Below, in pieces: positions 19,611 through 27,341 of a DNA stretch of 64,000 nucleotides. The DNA is from an uncultured Acidobacteriota bacterium. Lineage in GTDB: Bacteria > Acidobacteriota > Vicinamibacteria > Vicinamibacterales > SCN-69-37. The position numbers were made by a program, and so were the translations under genes. The stretch spans positions 207,100 through 271,099 of the forward strand of contig CAWADF010000002.1 in the NCBI GenBank assembly GCA_963780855.1, read 5' to 3'. The first letter of the stretch is position 1, and each line of letters begins with the position of its first letter. Under the pieces are notes generated by a model. The model was not told the DNA's origin, searched no databases, and was given only the letters and a program-made list of their open reading frames with translations.

Positions 19611-21132
19611 TCAGTCCGCCGCGGCGACAACGTCCCCCTCCAGCTCGTGCGGTGGCGCCCGCGATGGCCGTGCCACGGGCATGGCCTCCGGCAACCCCAA
19701 GTGACGCAGGATGCGTTCCACCACCGGCTTCGCCTGAATCAGCGCCACCAGCCGCAAGCGCCCCCGACAGCGCGGACAGGCCAACACGTCGAACCCGAAC
19801 CCCCGCCGCATCAGTTCCGCCCAAGTCGAGTTCGGCGCGCGCCGTGCGTCGGCGGCCGGCGTGGCTCCCTTGGCCTCCTGCGCATCGACGACCGGCGCCG
19901 CCGGGACGATGTTGCGCCGCCAGGCGGCTCGCGGCGCCAGCACGCCGTGATACAGGATCAGATTCACCCGCGGCCGCGGCACCAGCGCCGCCAGCCGCTC
20001 GAGCAACTCGATCGGCTCGAACAGCACGTGCGTCGTGCCATCACGCCAGCGCCGGTGAAGCTCGAGCACGATCGTCCCGTCCGCCATCGCCTGCAGCCGC
20101 ATCTGTCCCACCGCCGGTCTCAGCGCGTAGCGGCACAGCCGCTCGAGCCGGTCGCGCGCCTTCGCCGGGACGCGAATGCCGGCGTGCAGATCGAAGCCCT
20201 CCTCGTGCGCGTGCCAGGCCATCGCCGTGGCCGCGCCGGGCGCGTCGATCGCCTCATCGCCGCCCCAGCGCCGCGCCGGGACGCCTGCACGGCGACCGAG
20301 CGCGGCGACGCCATGGACCGAGGCCGCGGCGAGTCCCGCCAGTGCCGGCGCCGTCTCCGTCCACGCGTCCGGCACGTCGTCGGCACCGAACCCGCCCGCC
20401 AGGCCGCGCCGGGCCAGGAGGCGATCGATCCCCCGCGCGATGCGACCGAGCAGCCGTGACAAATCCGGCGACGTCCCGCGCGGATCGCGCCAGAACCGCA
20501 CGCGCCCGCCCGGGCCGCGCGCGAAGACGCCGTCGAGCACGAGCGCGTGGACGTGCACGTTGAGATTGAGTGCGCTGCCGAATCGCTGCACGATCGCGAC
20601 CGCACCGAAGCGGCCGCCGACCACACCGCGTCGGCGTGCCCGGGCCCGGAGCCAGCCGCCCACCGCGCGCAGATACACACCGACCACTGCGCGGCAGAGG
20701 GCATGGTCCCACGCGAGCAGATACCGCAGCCGGAGCGGCAGGGTCAGGACCCACTGGCGCACGGGCACCGACGGGAAGACACGACTGGCCAGGTGCGCCG
20801 CGCGCCCGGTCATGCGCCGGCCGCCGCCCCTCGACGATGCTCGGGGTGGCCCTGAGCCCGGTCGAAGGGCCGCAGCTCGGACAGAAGCCGCGGCCCTTGC
20901 AGGAGAACGCGACGAGGCGATCGAGGCCGCACGCCGGGCAGCGAAACCGCGCGAAGCCGCCCGCGAGACTCCCGCACGTCAAAAACTGACGAAACTCCCG
21001 CTCGATGAACGCCGGCAGGCGGTCCCCGCGCCGCCGCGCCGCGCGGGCGAGAAATGTCTCGAGGTGGTCCCGCACGAGCCCATGCAGGATCTCGCGCTCG
21101 GGCGTGCGTGGGCGATAGGCGGCCGACGCCAT
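19611..21132 (-). CDS. IS91-family transposase, one frameshift near 20830-20870
   Basis: N-terminal zinc-binding part FRCPACGLDRLVAFSCKGRGFCPSCG (ORF 20254..21132). Catalytic part with HUH-type LNLNVHVHALVLDGVF and Tyr region ERLCRYALRPAV (ORF 19611..20813). Confidence 0.85.
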
Positions 21133-21356
21133 GGCCGCGCCCGTCGCACGACGCGTGCCGGGTGCGTCAACGCGCCAACCACCATCCCGTCAATCAGTAG
21201 CGCCTCGGCACCCGGGAGACGGTAGCAACGGCGGCGATCAGGCACCTGGTAGAGATCGCAGAAACTTCCACGTGCGGACGTCGGCATTTGACCTCGGCTG
21301 GAAACGAAATGGATCAGCGGCGCCGATTCGATGGTCCCGTGCAGCGTCACAGCTCG

Positions 21357-24300
21357 CTAGTAGAAGTCGTGTGACGCGACCTCCGGCCCTTCATGCCGGA
21401 GCGCGTCCACACGATCGGCTTTGACCGAGACCGCGCCATCCTGATTCTGCAGCACGCCTTCGACCAGCAGATACGGCGCGTCGACGATCGTCCGCTTGTA
21501 CGCGCCGAACACGTCGGGCGTGACGATGACGTTGGCGATGCCGGTTTCGTCCTCGAGCGAGAGAAAGACAAAGCCCTTCGCGGTGCCGGGACGCTGGCGG
21601 ACGAGTACGGCGCCGGCGACGCGCACGCGCCGGCCCGCGCGCGCGCGCAGCAGATCGATCGCGCGCTGCACGCCGCGCGTCGCGAGTGAGGCGCGCAGGA
21701 ACGACATCGGATGCGGCCCAATCGTGAGGCCCGTCCCGTCGTAGTCCGCACGGACGCGATCGGGGAGGGACATGGCGGGCAGAGGAGAGCTCACGTCGGG
21801 CACTGGGCATTGGGCACTAAGCACTGGCGTTGGCGCTGGCGCCGGCTCAGCGTGATCCTCACCAATGCCCAATGCCCAATGCCCAATGCCTGATCCGTCT
21901 GTGTCCATCAACAACGGCCCGGCCGGCCGGCCCGCGCGCTCGGCCTGCCAGAGCGCGGATCGGCGATCGCCGCCGAGCGACGCGAGCGCGCCGATCTCCG
22001 CAAGCGTGCGCAATTCGTCCTGGCGCAGCCCGGCGCGCGCGACCAATTCGTCCAGGGATCGAAAGCGCATGAGATCAGGCACGAGGCATTGGGCGCTAGG
22101 CACTAGCATCGCACGCGTGTCACTCGCCAGTGCCGAATGCCTAATGCCTGGTGCCTGACTTTCTATCCTCTTCCCCACGTCATCTCTCAGCCCTCGTACG
22201 TACCGGAGTCCCAATCGAATCGTCCCGTCGTTTTGCACGACGCAATTCCACTTCGAGATCTGCACGTCAATCGGCGCGAAGCGCACGCCGTGGCGCTGCG
22301 CGTCCTTGACGAGCGTGGCCGGCGAGTAAAACCCCATCGGCTGGTTGTTGAGCAGCGCCGTGTAGAACGCCGCGGGGTAATGCGCTTTCAGATACGCGCT
22401 CGCGTAGACGATCAGCGCGAAGCTTGCCGCGTGCGATTCGGGAAACCCGTAGAGCGCGAACGACGTGATCGACAGCACGATGTCGTCGGCGGCCTGACCG
22501 GTGATGCCGTTCTTCGCCATGCCGTCGCGCAGCCGCTGTTCGATCTGCTGCATCCGCTTCACCGACCGCTTGAAACCCATCGCGCGCCGCAGCTCCTCCG
22601 CCTCACCGCCGGTGAAGCCGGCGACGACCATCGCCATCCGCAGCAGCTGCTCCTGGAACAGCGGCACGCCGAGCGTCCGCTCGAGCACCGGCTCGAGCGC
22701 CGGATGCGCGTAGGTCACCGGCTGGTCGCCCCGGCGGCGCGCCAGGTACGGATGCACCATCTTCCCGACGATCGGCCCGGGCCGGATGATCGCGACTTCG
22801 ACGACCAGATCGTAGAAGTGCTCCGGCTTGAGCCGCGGCAGCGTCGCCATCTGCGCGCGCGACTCCACCTGAAAGACGCCGATGGTGTCGGCGGCCTGCA
22901 GCATGCGATAGACGGCGGGGTCGTCGGGGGGAAGGTGCGCGAGATCGACACGATCAGGCCTCAGGCATTGGGCACCAGGCACTGGCAAGCGGGCATTGGG
23001 CATGAGGCATTGGGCACTCGACGCAGACAGCGGATCATCAGCCACTGCCTGATGCCTGACGCCCGATGCCTGCTCTTCTAGTGCCCGATGCCCAATGCCT
23101 AATGCCTGCTCTCCATTGACAATGACAAGCGCTTCTTCCAATGCCGCCATCATGCCCAGCCCCAGCAGATCGACCTTGATGATCCCGAGGTCCGCGCAGT
23201 CGTCCTTGTCCCACTGCACGACGACGCGGCCGGGCATCGACGCGTTTTCGAGCGGTACGATCTCGTCGAGCCGGCCCTGGCAGACGACCATCCCGCCCGA
23301 GTGCTGGCCCAAATGGCGCGGCAGGTCCTGCATCTGCTGCCACAACCTGGCGAAGAGTCGATACCGCTGGTCGTCGGGATCGAGGCCGGTCTCGCGCAGA
23401 TTGCGCGCGATCGTTTCTTCGGGATCGACGAACTCGAACTGGCTCATCAGCCGCGCCAGCCGGTCGATCTCTGCCGCGTCCAGGTCGAGCACCTTGCCGA
23501 CTTCACGCGTCGCGCTGCGGCCGCGATAGGTGATCACATTGGCGGTCATCGCGGCGCCGAGCGTGCCGTAGCGCTCGTACACGTACTGAATGACGCGCTC
23601 GCGCCGGTCGCCGCTCGGCAGATCGAGATCGATGTCCGGCCACTCGCCGCGCTCCTCCGACAGAAACCGCTCGAAGAGCAGCTCCATCCCCACCGGATCG
23701 ACGGCCGTGATGCCGAGCGCGTAGCACACGGCGCTATTGGCGGCCGACCCGCGCCCCTGCACGAGAATCCCCTGCTGCCGGCAGAAATTGACGAGGTCCC
23801 AGACGATGAGGAAGTAGCCGGCGAGGTCGAGCTTCTCGATCAGATCGAGCTCGCGCTGGATCTGTGCGCGGGCGCGGTCGTGATACGGCCGGTAGCGATC
23901 GCGCGCGCCGACCTGCGCGAGGCGCCGCAGGAACGACGCCTGCGTCTCGCCGTCGGGGACCGGGTAATCGGGAAACTTGTAGCCGAGATCGGCGAGCGTG
24001 AACTCGAGTTGCTCGGCGAGCGCCTCGGTGCCGGCGAGTGCCTGCGGATGATCCGAGAACAGCCGCGCCATGTGGTCGGGCGGTTTGAGATAACGCTCCG
24101 CGTTTGCCGTCAGCCGCCGCCCCGCCCGCGCGAGCGTCGTCTTGTGCCGCAGGCAGGTGAAGACATCGTAGAGCGGACGACCCTCGGGCGCCGCGAAGCG
24201 CACGCCGTTGGTGGCGACGAGCGGCACGCGGAACGCCGCCGACAAATCGACGAGCGATTGCAATGTCGTCTGCTCGTCGCGGCGGAAGTGGCGCTGCAGC

Positions 24301-24878
24301 TCGATCCACACGTTGCGCCGGCCGAACAGGCCGACGAGCCGATCGACGAGGCCGCCGACGCCGTGCCGACGCGCGTCGAGCGCCGACGACCCGACGATCG
24401 CCCGCAGCCCCGCGGTGTGGCCGGCGAAGTCGTCCAGATTGAGCCACGACTCGCCTTTCGGCGCGCGCAGCTTCGCGCGCGTGATGAGCCGGCAGAGGTT
24501 GCGATAGCCCTCGGCGGAGGCGACGAGGACAGGGAGGCTCCAGGCAGGCATTAGGCACTGGGCATTAGGCACTCGCATTGCACGCGCGTCACGCGCGTCA
24601 CTCGCTAATGCCTGATGCCTAGGGCCCAGTGCCTGCTCTCCAGTGCCCAATGCCCGCTCTCCAGTGCCCGCGCCTATCGTCAGTTCCGCGCCGACGATCG
24701 CCTTGATTCCCGCGGCGCGCGCGGCGCGATAGAACTGCGGCGCGCCGTAGACGCCGTCGCGATCGAGCAGCGCCATCGTGGGATAGCCGAGCGCGGCCGC
24801 CCGCTCGACGAGCGTCTCGGGCAGCGATGCGCCATCGAGAAACGAAAACGCCGACGCGGCGTGCAGTTCGATGTACAC
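21357..24878 (-). CDS. dnaE2: Error-prone DNA polymerase DnaE2 (ImuC), intact but carrying four in-frame repeat insertions
   Basis: 1173-aa ORF with PHP start MYIELHAASAFSFLDGAS, pol III alpha core (GVFQVESRAQMATLPRLKP, FYSPATLVKDAQRHG) and a C-terminal OB fold. Third gene of the imuA-imuB-dnaE2 cassette. Confidence 0.95.
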   Translation of the reverse strand: MYIELHAASAFSFLDGASLPETLVERAAALGYPTMALLDRDGVYGAPQFYRAARAAGIKAIVGAELTIGAGTGERALGTGEQALGPRHQALASDARDARAMRVPNAQCLMPAWSLPVLVASAEGYRNLCRLITRAKLRAPKGESWLNLDDFAGHTAGLRAIVGSSALDARRHGVGGLVDRLVGLFGRRNVWIELQRHFRRDEQTTLQSLVDLSAAFRVPLVATNGVRFAAPEGRPLYDVFTCLRHKTTLARAGRRLTANAERYLKPPDHMARLFSDHPQALAGTEALAEQLEFTLADLGYKFPDYPVPDGETQASFLRRLAQVGARDRYRPYHDRARAQIQRELDLIEKLDLAGYFLIVWDLVNFCRQQGILVQGRGSAANSAVCYALGITAVDPVGMELLFERFLSEERGEWPDIDLDLPSGDRRERVIQYVYERYGTLGAAMTANVITYRGRSATREVGKVLDLDAAEIDRLARLMSQFEFVDPEETIARNLRETGLDPDDQRYRLFARLWQQMQDLPRHLGQHSGGMVVCQGRLDEIVPLENASMPGRVVVQWDKDDCADLGIIKVDLLGLGMMAALEEALVIVNGEQALGIGHRALEEQASGVRHQAVADDPLSASSAQCLMPNARLPVPGAQCLRPDRVDLAHLPPDDPAVYRMLQAADTIGVFQVESRAQMATLPRLKPEHFYDLVVEVAIIRPGPIVGKMVHPYLARRRGDQPVTYAHPALEPVLERTLGVPLFQEQLLRMAMVVAGFTGGEAEELRRAMGFKRSVKRMQQIEQRLRDGMAKNGITGQAADDIVLSITSFALYGFPESHAASFALIVYASAYLKAHYPAAFYTALLNNQPMGFYSPATLVKDAQRHGVRFAPIDVQISKWNCVVQNDGTIRLGLRYVRGLRDDVGKRIESQAPGIRHSALASDTRAMLVPSAQCLVPDLMRFRSLDELVARAGLRQDELRTLAEIGALASLGGDRRSALWQAERAGRPAGPLLMDTDGSGIGHWALGIGEDHAEPAPAPTPVLSAQCPVPDVSSPLPAMSLPDRVRADYDGTGLTIGPHPMSFLRASLATRGVQRAIDLLRARAGRRVRVAGAVLVRQRPGTAKGFVFLSLEDETGIANVIVTPDVFGAYKRTIVDAPYLLVEGVLQNQDGAVSVKADRVDALRHEGPEVASHDFY
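21798..21896. repeat. GGCAYTGG-word palindrome inserted in frame in dnaE2 (insert A)
   Basis: GGGCACTGGGCATTGGGCACTAAGCACTGG ... CCAATGCCCAATGCCCAATGCCCAATGCC. Translated (minus) as SGIGHWALGIGEDH...VLSAQCPVPD. Confidence 0.65.
22077..22159. repeat. GGCAYTGG-word palindrome inserted in frame in dnaE2 (insert B)
   Basis: AGGCACGAGGCATTGGGCGCTAGGCACTAGCATCGCACGCGTGTCACTCGCCAGTGCCGAATGCCTAATGCCTGGTGCCTGAC. Translated as QAPGIRHSALASDTRAMLVPSAQCLVPD. Confidence 0.65.
22956..23108. repeat. GGCAYTGG-word palindrome inserted in frame in dnaE2 (insert C, about 150 bp)
   Basis: AGGCCTCAGGCATTGGGCACCAGGCACTGGCAAGCGGGCATTGGGCATGAGGCATTGGGCACT ... GCCTGATGCCTGACGCCCGATGCC..GTGCCCGATGCCCAATGCCTAATGCCTG. 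Translated as EQALGIGHRALEEQASGVRHQ...SAQCLMPNARLPVPGAQCLRP. Confidence 0.65.
24541..24671. repeat. GGCAYTGG-word palindrome inserted in frame in the dnaE2 PHP domain (insert D)
   Basis: CAGGCAGGCATTAGGCACTGGGCATTAGGCACTCGCATTGCACGCGCGTCACGCGCGTCACTCGCTAATGCCTGATGCC...CAGTGCCCAATGCCCGC. Its loop core GCACGCG.GTCACTCGC is shared with insert B. Confidence 0.65.
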
Positions 24879-24899
24879 AGCGATCCCGTCCGCGCCTCG

Positions 24900-26270
24900 T
24901 CAATCGACGAGTCCCTCGATGACCCACTGCCGCGTCGCGCGATCCCGGGCGAGGCGATAAATGCCGCCGCCGGCCACCTCGACGTCCCACTCTTCCCGAT
25001 CCCACTGGGCGCCGTCGAAGGTCCACCAGGCCCCCGATGTTCGCCAGGGGCCGGCGCAGGCGAGCACGCGGCCGCCGGCCAACCCGCGCGCCGACGGATC
25101 GACGCGCACCGGCGCGCCCTCGGCCACGACGACACGCGCGGCGATCGGCAACCGAAGGCGCCGAAGACCGGCCGCCGGCTGCGCGCCGGACGTTTCGCGA
25201 TCGTCGAGCCGCGCGTCCGGCCGCATGCGCGCGACGTGCGCCGGCACGCGGAACTCGGCCATCGCGACGGCGCGATCGTCATAGGTGTCGACGAGCGCGG
25301 GCGCGCCGACGCGCGATTCCCCGGCGAGCGCGCGCAGCCGGGCCACGAGCGTCGCGAGATCCTCGGCCGACGGCAGCGTCCGGCCGAGCAGCGATCCCTG
25401 CAGGATCGCGCCGGGCGCGACGGCCACCTCGACTTCGACCCAGTCGATGGCCGCCGCGGGCGGGTGCGATTCGAGGTCGAGCAGGATGAGCGTCCGCAGC
25501 ACGCGCGCGTCGCGCATGGGTGCCGGCAGATGCAGCGCGCGCACGTGCATCGCGCGGGTAACGAGCCGCAGCCGCAGCTCGACGTCCACGGCGCCGCGAT
25601 CGGCGCGCTCGAGCGATCCCGACAGGGCCTCGCACAGCCGCGCCAGCACGAACGACAGCGGCTCGAGGCCCTCGATTGGCCATTCCAGCTCGAGCCGCTC
25701 GACGAAGCGCGGCGTCTCGGGATCGGGCACGAAGAGCGCGATCGCCTCGCCGCACGCCGCCCGATGCCAGCGCACGCCGAGCGGCCCGAGCCGCGCGTGC
25801 ACGTCGGCGCGCGGCAGCCGGGCGAGATCGCCCAGCGTGACGAGCCCCCAGCGGGACAGAATCCGCAGCCCTTCGGGCACGGTTGCGACCGCCGGCGATC
25901 CGAGGCTCAGCTCGAGAATGGCCAGCGTGTTGATGGACAGTTCGCGCACCGCCGCGGCCGCGGTCGTCGGCGCCACGGTAATCCCCGGACGCGCGTGGGC
26001 GAGCAGCCACGCGGCGGTCGAGGTGCCAGCCAGCGCGATGCGGGCGTCGAGCCCCCGACCCTGCGCCAGCCGCTGCACTTCCCGCGCGATGTCGGCGGGC
26101 AATCCAATCGCGCGCGCCAGGCCGGCGGCGTCGAAGACGACCGCGCGCGTGCCGTGCCGCTCGACGCGCGGCGAGCAGGCGTGCGCGATGGCGTCGAGCG
26201 CGTCGGGCGCGGGCGTCGCCGAGACGAGGCAGCACGACAGAGCCCGCGCGGGAAGCGTCGACGGCGCCAC
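24900..26270 (-). CDS. imuB: ImuB, Y-family-polymerase-like accessory protein of the mutagenesis cassette
   Basis: Intact 456-aa ORF. Y-family little-finger/thumb-like pattern (LRILSRWGLVTLGDLARLP) without the catalytic acidic triad context. Sits between imuA and dnaE2. Confidence 0.9.
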   Translation of the reverse strand: MAPSTLPARALSCCLVSATPAPDALDAIAHACSPRVERHGTRAVVFDAAGLARAIGLPADIAREVQRLAQGRGLDARIALAGTSTAAWLLAHARPGITVAPTTAAAAVRELSINTLAILELSLGSPAVATVPEGLRILSRWGLVTLGDLARLPRADVHARLGPLGVRWHRAACGEAIALFVPDPETPRFVERLELEWPIEGLEPLSFVLARLCEALSGSLERADRGAVDVELRLRLVTRAMHVRALHLPAPMRDARVLRTLILLDLESHPPAAAIDWVEVEVAVAPGAILQGSLLGRTLPSAEDLATLVARLRALAGESRVGAPALVDTYDDRAVAMAEFRVPAHVARMRPDARLDDRETSGAQPAAGLRRLRLPIAARVVVAEGAPVRVDPSARGLAGGRVLACAGPWRTSGAWWTFDGAQWDREEWDVEVAGGGIYRLARDRATRQWVIEGLVD

Positions 26271-26274
26271 GGCT

Positions 26275-26985
26275 CTACTCGACCGCGGCCCGCGCGGCGG
26301 TCACGCCCGTGCGGAATTGCACGCGCAGTCCCGTCAAGCGGCGGCTCTGCCGGCTCTCGCCGGTCCAGCACGACGTCGTCTCGAGATGCACGGTGGCGCC
26401 GCGCGGGCTCTTGCCCATCGGCGCGGCGCCGACGAGCAGGCCGACCGTGTCGCGGCCCTCGTTGGCATGGGCCAGACGCAGCCAGGTCGTCCAGGGCAAC
26501 GTCCGCAGATCGCGTGCGGGGATGTCCGCCAGATCGAGCACGACGAGCGCGAACCCGCCGGCGCGCACGATCAAATCGAACGCGCGCACGGCCTGATGTA
26601 CGGCGCGCGCAATCATGGCCGAACGCGCCAGCTCGACCGTGAGCATCGGCCCGCGCACCCACAGCACGCGATCCAGATCGAGCCCGGTCCCGGCCGCCGC
26701 CCGGGGATCGAAGCGATCCACGGCATCGACGAGCCCCACGACATCTCCCCGCGCGGTCGCCGCCGCCATCGTCTGCCACAGCACGCGGGTCCGGCCGCTG
26801 GACGGACGCCCGACGACTTCCGAGACCTCCCCGCGGCGCCAGCCGCCTCCAAGCACGGTGTCCAGATCAGCCAGCCCCGAGGAGACCACACGCGCCCTCA
26901 GGTCGAGCCGGGACCCGACGAGCGTGCCATCCAGCTTCTTTGTCTGGAGCAGCGATTCGAGGCGGAAAATAGCTGTGGATTTCAT
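26275..26985 (-). CDS. imuA: ImuA (RecA/SulA-like) protein of the mutagenesis cassette
   Basis: Intact 236-aa ORF. SSGLADLDTVLGGGWRRGEVSEVVG and FALVVLDLADI are a degenerate RecA-fold pattern. First gene of the cassette. Confidence 0.85.
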   Translation of the reverse strand: MKSTAIFRLESLLQTKKLDGTLVGSRLDLRARVVSSGLADLDTVLGGGWRRGEVSEVVGRPSSGRTRVLWQTMAAATARGDVVGLVDAVDRFDPRAAAGTGLDLDRVLWVRGPMLTVELARSAMIARAVHQAVRAFDLIVRAGGFALVVLDLADIPARDLRTLPWTTWLRLAHANEGRDTVGLLVGAAPMGKSPRGATVHLETTSCWTGESRQSRRLTGLRVQFRTGVTAARAAVE

Positions 26986-27018
26986 GATTTTCGCTTTGTT
27001 TTCGCCTTAAGAGGAGTC

Positions 27019-27047
27019 AGTATAGGACGAACGCGCGAGGCGATCAA
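27019..27047 (-). promoter_or_regulatory. Sigma-70-type promoter of imuA: TTGATC-17 nt-TATACT
   Basis: Minus strand reads CTCTTGATCGCCTCGCGCGTTCGTCCTATACTGACTCC, with the -10 about 33 nt upstream of the imuA ATG. The leader contains the direct repeat GCGAAAAC-AAA-GCGAAAAT. Confidence 0.55.
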
Positions 27048-27066
27048 GAGGCGAAACTGCATCCAT

Positions 27067-27317
27067 GGAAATGGGGAAATGAGTGAAACGGGTGAATGGG
27101 TGAATGGGTGAGCGTGGAAATGGGTGAAACCGGTGAATGGAGGAAAGGGTGAATGGGAGGTGGGGAAATGGGTGAATGGGTGAGTGGGTGAATCGGAACG
27201 GGCGAGGCGTCATTCACTCATTCCCTCATTCCCTCCTTCACCCGTTTCACCCGTTTCACCCGTTTCACCCGTTTCACCCATTTCACCCATTTCCCCGTTT
27301 CACCCATTTCACGAATG
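27067..27317. repeat. About 250-bp imperfect palindrome of GGTGAAT/GGGTGAA words (arms about 128 and 105 nt)
   Basis: The left arm has degenerate 8-nt units (GGTGAATG GGTGAATG GGTGAGCG ...). Centre is GGAACGGGCGAGGCGTC. The right arm has 9-nt units (CCGTTTCAC x4, CCATTTCAC x3). Fills the divergent imuA/MFS intergenic region. Confidence 0.75.
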
Positions 27318-27341
27318 AGCAGAGGATAAGATCGGCCATCC

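Larger units (their letters stand above)
19408..21350 (-). mobile_element. IS91-family (rolling-circle, HUH-Y2) insertion sequence; tnpA-proximal boundary not resolved
   Basis: Contains the IS91-type transposase plus a hairpin end module. Wedged between a truncated gene and the dnaE2 stop (21357). Confidence 0.65.

Noticed and set aside
21798-24671. Inteins or group I/II introns as an explanation for the extra segments in dnaE2.
   Set aside because: The segments are only 25-55 aa. They lack intein blocks (no Cys/Ser-...-HN-Cys junctions) and are palindromic at the DNA level, with homologs in intergenic DNA.
27067-27317. Possible CRISPR arrays at the tandem-word tracts (27.1-27.3 kb, 61.1 kb, 61.7 kb).
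   Set aside because: The units are 6-12 nt, directly abutting and degenerate, with no unique spacers. Each tract is mirrored by a reverse-complement tract. There are no cas genes in the window.
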